IMG/VR virus record: IMGVR_UViG_3300019458_000020
Location: 76,152 to 140,151 of that record
Reading direction: 5' to 3' (one strand)
Source: a virus
Length of the DNA: 64,000 nt
Shown: one piece after another, positions 56,409-64,000 of the stretch
Layout of the letters: each line of letters opens with the position of its first letter
Numbering within the stretch: position 1 is the first letter of the stretch
Translations under genes and position numbers: made by a program
Notes under the pieces: model-generated
Seen by the model: only the letters and a program-made list of their open reading frames with translations
Database searches by the model: none
Told to the model about the DNA's origin: nothing

Positions 56409-59400
56409 TTATTGTTCCAGAACGTTGTCCGAGTTAACGATATTTACATTGTTTACGTTGATTGTTTGAACAGGGAACGTTCCGTCATCAATACCATCTA
56501 ATCCAATTGTGGTAGAAATAGTCTGTCTTCCCTTCACATATACGGAGCTGGAACCTTCTGAGGCAGCCGCTGAAGAATACTTGTCAGGAGTGAATTGTTG
56601 TCTCTTATGGATGTAATGGTTTCTTGGATAACCACTCACAATTTCAAAAAATGTATTATTATCAATTGGTACCAAATCAAATTGAGATGGGTCGAAAACA
56701 TTGATGTTAATTGCCATCAACACATTAATCGTCTGATCAGGTGTATTTTTGAATGTGTTGATGCTATGGGTATATTGAAAACCAAAGAATGTAGGTGATG
56801 GGTCATTTACACCTGATGGGTCATTAGTCTTCATATAAACCATTCTATCCATGAATGGCTGGTCAACAGTAATATATTTATACAAATAGATAGAATTGGA
56901 AATATACGTGTTATCTGACATGACGTTGGAGTGTGTATATGGACCGACTAATTCGTATATATTTTTCTTTTCCCAAACTTTTAATAAATAGAAGGATTGG
57001 TTGACCTGTGGCGTGTCACCATTTTTCCTTCTACTTAATGAACCGTTTATTACGTTACTGGAAGTAACTTCTGGATGTAAACAATTTTCATAATCAGGAT
57101 ACGTAGTAAATTGTATAGAATCATAAAAATCAGGAACTTGATTACCGTCCCAGTTTCTTGGAAATTCTCTGATAGGATTATTAATATAAGTCAAATCCAA
57201 AACCTTATTGTAGCTTGGAGGAAGACTATTTAATAATGTTTGTGACGATTCCGAAAAATTAGTATTGAAATTTGCCCATTCCAAAGACATCGAAAGACGA
57301 GAAGCTCTTTCGGATACCCGTGTAGTATTAGCTTCAAATGTCAATGACCTAGCTACTGAAGATGTTATTGGTCGAGACTGATACTTTGGACGTTCCAACA
57401 ACGTCGGTTCAACAACCACTCCAGCGACGATATTAGCACGGGCCGGAATGGTATTCTTTATTGCTGAAAATACCGATTTATCAAAAAAGAATTTGTAAAC
57501 CGTTATTAATTCGTTAAACAAAGTCTTTTTATTACCAAAGGCATGATATTCCGAATTTTTATTCTTTAAGTTAGGATACCTATCACGATAAATATCTTCC
57601 GGGTCACCAATTATGTCGATGACTCCGGTACTTCCAATATATCTTGACATGTCTTTATTCTTAGAATCTTGTGGATCTATGAATAATCCAAGTAAATTAG
57701 AATCGGGTGTAACTAAAGCATTAGGTAATGTGGTTGACCGTTCATTTACATCTAATCTAGCATCTAAATTCAATTCAATTTTTGTTATCTTATCATTCTT
57801 GAATTTATTTGGGCCATATTTTGATATATCTAATCCATTTTGAATTAACAACTCTCGGAAACTAAATGGATAAGCAGAATCAGTCAAATATACACAACTG
57901 GATGAATCAAAAGAAGAAGTCCAATTTGGATCAATAATTCTCTGAAAATTGAATGCCGTTAGTTGTGCAGAACCGCTTGGTAAATTTGTCCTCCATCGGT
58001 TATTTGTTATATCCACCGATGCAGAATAAAGTGAAGGAATCAATGAACTACTCAAACTCTGACTCGAATAGAAATTAGGCAATGCATAATATGAAGAGCG
58101 ATTATCTACCCACAATGAAGACGAGCCACTTAAATTAAAATACAACAATTGTGGATAATCCCAAGATAATCTTACCCACAAGTGTTGATTAGCAATCGAA
58201 CCACTGTAACTGTAAGAATTAAAATCATTGACGTGATTGTTGAAATCTACGTCTGAAATAGGTTCATCCCATAACTGAACCTTATCTAGTGTTCCATTAA
58301 ATTGATTTCCGGTCGGAAAGTATCCGTTACCTGTCTTGAATATACCGGGGTTAGAAAATACTCGGTTGTTGCCTGCTTCCATTATGATACTAGAGGTTGA
58401 GCAAAATATTTTTCTTCCATTTTCATTTCTCTGAACATACAAATCGTATCTCAACGGGACGGCGTTTACATCCTCACTATTTTCAAATCTTTCAATTGGA
58501 TTATTTCTTCGTAACATTACACTGAATACGTCACCATTGAATATTGGCAATACACTACTAGTGATAGTTTGTCCGTTGGAGCCGGAACCCATCTCAAATA
58601 TTATTTCTCCAAGAAATTCGCCGGCAACCTTCTTAAATCCTATTGCCCAAGAATGTGAAGGAAATTGATTATACGAATATGGATATTTGGTAAATAAAGG
58701 ATTAAATTTTTGTTCAATGTAACCTTCTGGATTTTCTATTGAAAACTTAAACTCAACTGTTTCAATGTTATTTGGAAATGGGCCCTGAATATGGTCATTA
58801 TTTCCGGAATACTTGGTCATGAAAACCTTTTCATCAACCACATACGTCTGTTTGAATTCTTCTGTAAAGTCTATTCCTCCAAATTCTCTAATACTTAATA
58901 AATTCGATGGAATTCCATAACAAGATAATAAGAATCTTACACATTCTTCCGAACCTTTTGTTTTGTATATTCCCGGAAGACTGATAAGAATTCTATTCCA
59001 AATTGTTCTCAATCTTTCTTCTGCTGATATGGCATTATATGTCGATGAGTCGAGACTATTTAGATAAACCTCATCCACATTCAAATCAGCCAAAACGTCA
59101 TCAACATTCCATCCATAAGAAGTCAATATTTCTTGTAAAGTTTTCGTTGGGAGACTGGATGTAAGTTCGTTTTGAACCTGTCTTTCAATTGGGACGGAAG
59201 ATATATAAGAATAGATGTTATCAAAATGATGGCCAGTCATCGATAAGAATGTTAAATATTCATCGTTGTTTTCATCTAATTTGATAAAATCGGGTGTATT
59301 ATTTATTAAACTGTCTCTATTCGATTTGTCATATTCTGCGGCTAATTCGTCTTGGTCTTCTACATAACTTGCACTCACAAAAGTTGCCGAACTTGTAGAA

Positions 59401-61061
59401 TATTGATAAAATCCTTGTTTAAAAAGGTAAGACTCAAAACCATCAAAAGAATCTACTACTTCATCTATTTGAGTGGTTAATAGGTCTTTGTTATTCTGAT
59501 AATATGGATAAACAGTAGAAGACGAAAGTGAATTTAAATACGAGATTTCTAATGATGCCAATGAACCACTGAATGTGTAATATTGTTTTATCTTATTTTT
59601 GAAAACATTTAGTCGGTCTGATATAGAAGAAAATACTATGAAGTTTGAAAAATCCGAATAATCAATATTCAACCTTGCAAGACGTTGATTAATGGTTATA
59701 TCATGTGATATCTGTAAATTTGATTGTTCCAAATCTTCTATTGCAAATTGTTGATTGGTATTTTCTCTGTTTGTAAGAGTCTTATCCAAATTAAAATTTG
59801 CTGGAGAAATTTTTACTGTCCTGTATTTTGTTGGATTTCTTAATATTGCAGTGAAGACATAAGGAACCATGCTGAAGTTGGATACCCAACATGTATTTTT
59901 TTCTGCAATATCAGATGGCAATTCCGATGCTAACTTTATGACTAATGTTAATGGGTCGGTAGGTTCAACTCTTTCATCCAAGAAATCATGAACTAATATA
60001 GGAAAGTATCGGTTATTTCCAAAATTTAATACGTTCTTAAAGAAAGAAAGATATTTAATTCGATACGTTTCTTCGATTGGTTTTACTACATTTTCATAGA
60101 AATGAAGAACGAAAAATTCGTAAACAAACCGTCTGGCTCCTTTATAGTCATCACCTTGTTGAACACTAAATTGACCGAATCTTTGATCTAATCTTCTATT
60201 TGTAAACTCTTTGAATTTATCTTCAATGGAAGTAAAATCCGAAATAGAGTTGTAATTCGTTAACAAATAATTGTTGAAATACGTTCTTATACCTTGAATT
60301 CTTAAAATTCTAGTAGGTTCGGAACCATCTAAAATTTCTTCTTCAGATAGACTGGTGTATTTGATAAAATCTTCATACACATTTCTAAGAAAGGTTAATA
60401 CCGAACCATCATCAGGTAAAAAGAAAATAAACTTTAAAAATTCGATTTCATCTTCATACTGGTCTTTTACTCTTTGATAAATTTGGTCGTATGGACATTG
60501 TTTCACCGCAGATATCAAAACCGGAGAAACATCGCTAACCGGAAATTTCTTTTGACAGAATGCACTATATTGAATAGAAGTTTCTTTAGATGGAACCAAT
60601 TTAATTTCTTTTCGTGAAGGAGAAATTTGTTTGATAGAAAGAGTATTAGTTGAATCACCGGCCATGAACCGATTAAAAACATACGATACCTTATAACTTC
60701 CATCCATTATACCAATCGAATGTAAGTGATTAATTGGATTTACTAAAATTCTATCATTCTTATAGGTTAAGAATTGATTTTGTAATTCTTGATACGAGAA
60801 AGTTTGAACTCGGTCTAAATCGTCAATATAACTTAATGTTACATCTTTGTAAATTTTCTTATTTTCTACTACACCCCAGGATACAAGAGAATCGTCTTGT
60901 GTGTTGTATGTAGAAATTTCGATGGTATCATTTGGAGAAAAACCGAACCACAAATCACCCACATTGCTTCGAAATAATAAAGGAGTATCCGTCTCGCTCA
61001 GATAAGACCCTGAGAAGATGCTCCCCGTTACATTTCCTAAAACTTGGTATGGTAGAGACAT
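56409..61061 (-). CDS. Large baseplate wedge-like structural protein with LamG-like insertion
   Basis: 1550 aa; GHHFD.I..YI, KTKGSEE...LL.CYGIP...IREFGG; located in the baseplate block. Confidence 0.7.
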   Translation of the reverse strand: MSLPYQVLGNVTGSIFSGSYLSETDTPLLFRSNVGDLWFGFSPNDTIEISTYNTQDDSLVSWGVVENKKIYKDVTLSYIDDLDRVQTFSYQELQNQFLTYKNDRILVNPINHLHSIGIMDGSYKVSYVFNRFMAGDSTNTLSIKQISPSRKEIKLVPSKETSIQYSAFCQKKFPVSDVSPVLISAVKQCPYDQIYQRVKDQYEDEIEFLKFIFFLPDDGSVLTFLRNVYEDFIKYTSLSEEEILDGSEPTRILRIQGIRTYFNNYLLTNYNSISDFTSIEDKFKEFTNRRLDQRFGQFSVQQGDDYKGARRFVYEFFVLHFYENVVKPIEETYRIKYLSFFKNVLNFGNNRYFPILVHDFLDERVEPTDPLTLVIKLASELPSDIAEKNTCWVSNFSMVPYVFTAILRNPTKYRTVKISPANFNLDKTLTNRENTNQQFAIEDLEQSNLQISHDITINQRLARLNIDYSDFSNFIVFSSISDRLNVFKNKIKQYYTFSGSLASLEISYLNSLSSSTVYPYYQNNKDLLTTQIDEVVDSFDGFESYLFKQGFYQYSTSSATFVSASYVEDQDELAAEYDKSNRDSLINNTPDFIKLDENNDEYLTFLSMTGHHFDNIYSYISSVPIERQVQNELTSSLPTKTLQEILTSYGWNVDDVLADLNVDEVYLNSLDSSTYNAISAEERLRTIWNRILISLPGIYKTKGSEECVRFLLSCYGIPSNLLSIREFGGIDFTEEFKQTYVVDEKVFMTKYSGNNDHIQGPFPNNIETVEFKFSIENPEGYIEQKFNPLFTKYPYSYNQFPSHSWAIGFKKVAGEFLGEIIFEMGSGSNGQTITSSVLPIFNGDVFSVMLRRNNPIERFENSEDVNAVPLRYDLYVQRNENGRKIFCSTSSIIMEAGNNRVFSNPGIFKTGNGYFPTGNQFNGTLDKVQLWDEPISDVDFNNHVNDFNSYSYSGSIANQHLWVRLSWDYPQLLYFNLSGSSSLWVDNRSSYYALPNFYSSQSLSSSLIPSLYSASVDITNNRWRTNLPSGSAQLTAFNFQRIIDPNWTSSFDSSSCVYLTDSAYPFSFRELLIQNGLDISKYGPNKFKNDKITKIELNLDARLDVNERSTTLPNALVTPDSNLLGLFIDPQDSKNKDMSRYIGSTGVIDIIGDPEDIYRDRYPNLKNKNSEYHAFGNKKTLFNELITVYKFFFDKSVFSAIKNTIPARANIVAGVVVEPTLLERPKYQSRPITSSVARSLTFEANTTRVSERASRLSMSLEWANFNTNFSESSQTLLNSLPPSYNKVLDLTYINNPIREFPRNWDGNQVPDFYDSIQFTTYPDYENCLHPEVTSSNVINGSLSRRKNGDTPQVNQSFYLLKVWEKKNIYELVGPYTHSNVMSDNTYISNSIYLYKYITVDQPFMDRMVYMKTNDPSGVNDPSPTFFGFQYTHSINTFKNTPDQTINVLMAININVFDPSQFDLVPIDNNTFFEIVSGYPRNHYIHKRQQFTPDKYSSAAASEGSSSVYVKGRQTISTTIGLDGIDDGTFPVQTINVNNVNIVNSDNVLEQ

Positions 61062-61063
61062 GA

Positions 61064-61528
61064 TTATTGAATAGTGTCAATGATATCTTTTGGTAAATAT
61101 GGAAAATCCGGCTCGAAATCGGATTCCGTTTTTCCTTGTCCCAAGGATATTCTCAATTCCAAAATAATATCTTTTATGGCCACTGCATCTGCCGTGTTTC
61201 CATTTTGTTCGCTTGTTTGAATTATCGAATCCAATTGAGTTCTTAGTGATTCGTTTTCTTTCTTTATATTGTCCAACTCTATTTGAGTTTCTACTGCTGA
61301 TTGTGCGGCTGCTTCTTCCACAGGCTTAACAAACTCTACAAATTCGGTATTATAAAAAGTTTTCACTTTATTTTCATTATAAATCGCATTTCTTAGGTTA
61401 AATAATACATAATGTTCTTGAAATATGGATGAAGAGGGATTTAGAATGACGTTACCAATTTCATCGAACTTATAGTCAAAAGTTCCATGAAAAACAAAGT
61501 CATTAATTTGTTCGGAAAAATCTATCAT
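61064..61528 (-). CDS. Hypothetical coiled-coil protein
   Basis: 154-aa ORF after TATTTATA. Confidence 0.7.
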   Translation of the reverse strand: MIDFSEQINDFVFHGTFDYKFDEIGNVILNPSSSIFQEHYVLFNLRNAIYNENKVKTFYNTEFVEFVKPVEEAAAQSAVETQIELDNIKKENESLRTQLDSIIQTSEQNGNTADAVAIKDIILELRISLGQGKTESDFEPDFPYLPKDIIDTIQ

Positions 61529-61609
61529 ATTATTTTATAAATATCAAAATACCGATAAATTTGGATTAGTTTCTACATTATACAAACGACTTTCTTTTTC
61601 ATAATCTTT

Positions 61610-61715
61610 GTGGCGGGGAAACCCCTATCCCTTTAGGGTAGGGGGAGGAACCGCCACCAATACATATTGTCAAACTCTGGCAAGCACCGACCCTTTAGGG
61701 TCGTGTGTATTTGAC
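61610..61715 (+). mobile_element. Gene-less IS200/IS605-like mini-element (two CCC-TTTA-GGG hairpins)
   Basis: GC-rich island in an AT-rich spacer; hairpins at 61622-61644 and 61684-61708, ending TTGAC. Confidence 0.6.
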
Positions 61716-61716
61716 A

Positions 61717-63819
61717 TTATCTCACTACTTTAAAAGTATTACCGTTGTCAAAAGTATAAACAGAAGAAGACATCTCGGTTTTTATTAATATTTTAAAATA
61801 TCTTTCCTGTGGAAGACCGCTCGTATCTAATAAGAAATAATTTCCATTCAAATCACAACTTAATTTTGTATTGTTGTCAAAATCAATTATGAATCTTTCT
61901 GTCAAATTATCCTGTATTGCATAATATGACGATGTAGGCAAATAACTTGCCGTTATAAATTGTGAAAATTGTGTCAGTCTTTGAAAATTCTTCAATACAA
62001 ATTCCGATTTAGCAAATACATCCACTCTTATAATATTACCACTTCTTACTTCTGGTTTTAAATTCTGAATAGTAATTGTAAATGGATTGTGGAATTCAAC
62101 CGGACGTAAACTACTTGAACCAATAATTGATGACGTAGTTGCGGAACTCGTCGAATATGACCCTGTTAAGCTGCCGGTTATAAATCTTCCCGGAAATATT
62201 CCGCCTTGTAGAACACCAGTAAATTGTCCACCGTTATATATTCCAACTACACTGGAATCAAATAGACTTCCCGATAAAATCACACTCACTTGATTAGATG
62301 GATTTGAACTTCCACTTAATCTACTTCCACTCAATAAGAAACTGCCTGTAGTAACTATATTGAAAGAGCCTGTTCCATTAATACTTCCGGTAAAATATCT
62401 TCCTGCTAATTTTCCGGATAAAAATGTTCCTTCGATGGATTGTGTCACTGCACTTCCTGTTACTCTTCCATCAACTAGAGATCCACTTAACACAGTATCA
62501 TAGAATACACCTTGAATACTTCCGGTCAAATTTGTTCCACTAATGTATGCCGATGAAGTGAATGACCCTGTTAAACTAGCTGATAATGGAGTGAATAGAA
62601 TTTGTCCATCAGTGAAAAACGACAAGATACTTCCTGAAGCAACATATTGTTGAACACTAGAAGTATAAGTGCTTCCTGTAGTAAATGTTTGGTCGTCCCA
62701 ACCGACATCCAAACGAGGAATGTAAATAGTATTAGTATCCTTACTAAAGAAAAATAATCCCATTTCAGAACCGGTAGATTCAAATTCATCACTACTTAAT
62801 AACAAAAATCCTTCGTTTGCAAAACTTCCTGATAACCATCCATATACTATTCTACTAACATCCATGTCAATGTCAGATGTTTGATAATTAAAGGATTGAC
62901 TACATACCGATTGAGTGTACCAATTACCACCACCACGAGCAAACGATTCAGTGGCTTGTGAAGGATTGGATATAAAGTTGATAATATCGGTTCTTGACGA
63001 CGTAATTGAATACCATCTTGACCCACTTACATAATCTCTAAAATTCCAACTTGCACCTTTTATGTCCCCACCATCGTAAAAATATCCTCTACCCATTTCC
63101 CAACTTTGGCTAATAGGCAAGGCGTAGATTGTATAAGGTATAGGAAGATTTTCTTCCCTAACCACATCAATTTTCAATCTAAAAGATGGACTTTCTATAT
63201 CACCGGAAGCAATAGATGTTGAAATGGCAGTGATGTCAAATTTGACCAACGAACGATTCAAAAACTTTCTTTGGTCAATGGATGTATTTGGAATATTTTT
63301 TACATCTATTCCATCTATAGAGCCTGAAATTATGGCTCCAGTAGAACCGGAGATGATTCCGTTGAATACCGAGAAAAATCCAGCGGTAGTAATCAACGAA
63401 CCTGACACCACACCGATTAAATCGGTTGATACGATACTTCCACTAAAATTTATTAAGCTTCCTGTGTGATTGTTGCTTGATGCTGGAGAGCCTGTTGCCC
63501 ATCCATTATAACTTCCTGTGAAATTTCCAGAAAAATATGATGCAGTAAATGCATTAGAACCGCTTTTTACTAAGGTTCCTGATACAAATGATGTCATTCC
63601 TGACAATGAACCAGAAACGATAGTGCCTGTAAAGTTATCAACCGGAAAGTTATTGACAACTACGTTGTCATAAAAGAAAGTTTTAGTCGAATTACGTGTT
63701 CTTATTTCTTGAACATTGGTTCCGATACGCAACATTTCATCCAAACCGAAATTTCGATTAACATAATCGAATCTATCGGTCAAGAACGTGTCTTTACTTG
63801 GAAAAATAATGTGATGCAT
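61717..63819 (-). CDS. Virion structural protein (DNRLRE-like core) with [ST]GS-repeat insertions
   Basis: FPSKDT, RSLVKFD, P.SQSWEMG.G, FFSKDTNTIY.PRL; about 30 [ST][GA]S triplets counted by eye. Confidence 0.65.
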   Translation of the reverse strand: MHHIIFPSKDTFLTDRFDYVNRNFGLDEMLRIGTNVQEIRTRNSTKTFFYDNVVVNNFPVDNFTGTIVSGSLSGMTSFVSGTLVKSGSNAFTASYFSGNFTGSYNGWATGSPASSNNHTGSLINFSGSIVSTDLIGVVSGSLITTAGFFSVFNGIISGSTGAIISGSIDGIDVKNIPNTSIDQRKFLNRSLVKFDITAISTSIASGDIESPSFRLKIDVVREENLPIPYTIYALPISQSWEMGRGYFYDGGDIKGASWNFRDYVSGSRWYSITSSRTDIINFISNPSQATESFARGGGNWYTQSVCSQSFNYQTSDIDMDVSRIVYGWLSGSFANEGFLLLSSDEFESTGSEMGLFFFSKDTNTIYIPRLDVGWDDQTFTTGSTYTSSVQQYVASGSILSFFTDGQILFTPLSASLTGSFTSSAYISGTNLTGSIQGVFYDTVLSGSLVDGRVTGSAVTQSIEGTFLSGKLAGRYFTGSINGTGSFNIVTTGSFLLSGSRLSGSSNPSNQVSVILSGSLFDSSVVGIYNGGQFTGVLQGGIFPGRFITGSLTGSYSTSSATTSSIIGSSSLRPVEFHNPFTITIQNLKPEVRSGNIIRVDVFAKSEFVLKNFQRLTQFSQFITASYLPTSSYYAIQDNLTERFIIDFDNNTKLSCDLNGNYFLLDTSGLPQERYFKILIKTEMSSSVYTFDNGNTFKVVR

Positions 63820-63820
63820 A

Positions 63821-64000
63821 TTAAATTATAGACCCCTTAATATCTTTATCTGGAAACTTTACTTCAAATATCGATGGGTCCAGAGAAGGATATATAATGT
63901 CATTCTGAGTGGCAGCCAATATATCGTATTCTACTTCCGAATAATCTTCGCCGTTTGTAGTAAGAGGGGTTAGATTCTTAATTTTTAACGAGGCAACTGA
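63821..64000 (-). CDS. C-terminus of baseplate wedge protein (gp6-like), truncated by the window edge
   Basis: Open frame ...YDILAATQNDIIYPSLDPSIFEVKFPDKDIKGSII*. Confidence 0.6.
   Translation of the reverse strand, partial: SVASLKIKNLTPLTTNGEDYSEVEYDILAATQNDIIYPSLDPSIFEVKFPDKDIKGSII

Noticed and set aside
56227..56409. Small minus-strand ORF (KOW-like VTILIGEHIGK) with an in-frame TAA at 56290-56292
   Set aside because: Too short to call; could be a 39-aa gene or a decayed one, and a single case is not evidence of readthrough.
1..64000. CRISPR array, rRNA or tRNA genes
   Set aside because: No regularly spaced direct repeats or cloverleaf/rRNA-like stretches seen; intergenic gaps are short. 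Checked by eye only.
1..64000. Stop-codon reassignment as in some large phages
   Set aside because: Core genes are full length in the standard code with dense coding, and TAA, TGA and TAG all end genes.

Overview
This window is part of a large AT-rich tailed dsDNA phage genome with a T4-like (gp23/gp20/gp21/gp17) head module, read in the standard genetic code. The head and packaging genes are major capsid, scaffold, prohead protease, an intein-containing portal and large terminase. A long minus-strand baseplate/tail block spans about 44.9-64 kb, and a duplicated fibre/decoration cassette lies at 2.3-7.8 kb. Replication and recombination genes are a fused SbcD-SbcC, a primase and RuvC. A non-structural block encodes SPFH, NADAR, a nucleotidyltransferase, an HD-like protein and guaC, and there are seven free-standing homing-type endonuclease genes. 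The most interesting signals are: (1) a 130-aa ORF (22679-23071) built from two pieces of the phage's own major capsid protein, one being the region equivalent to the T4 Gol peptide, which suggests a capsid mimic or decoy; (2) a dispersed set of enzymes (2H phosphoesterase, three ADP-ribosyltransferase-like domains, a four-domain polyprotein) sharing an N-terminal 'MIKLxxI/L..E' leader that looks like a capsid-targeting, protease-cleaved tag for injected effectors; (3) a TATTTAT candidate late promoter, in four cases tied to hairpins that bury the start codon; (4) a conserved GGAUAGUGAA-loop hairpin in front of both fibre cassettes; (5) strong [ST]-[GA]-S enrichment confined to virion proteins; (6) a gene-less IS200/IS605-like mini-element. 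No CRISPR array, rRNA or tRNA was seen. All functional calls come from motif recognition by eye, not database searches.
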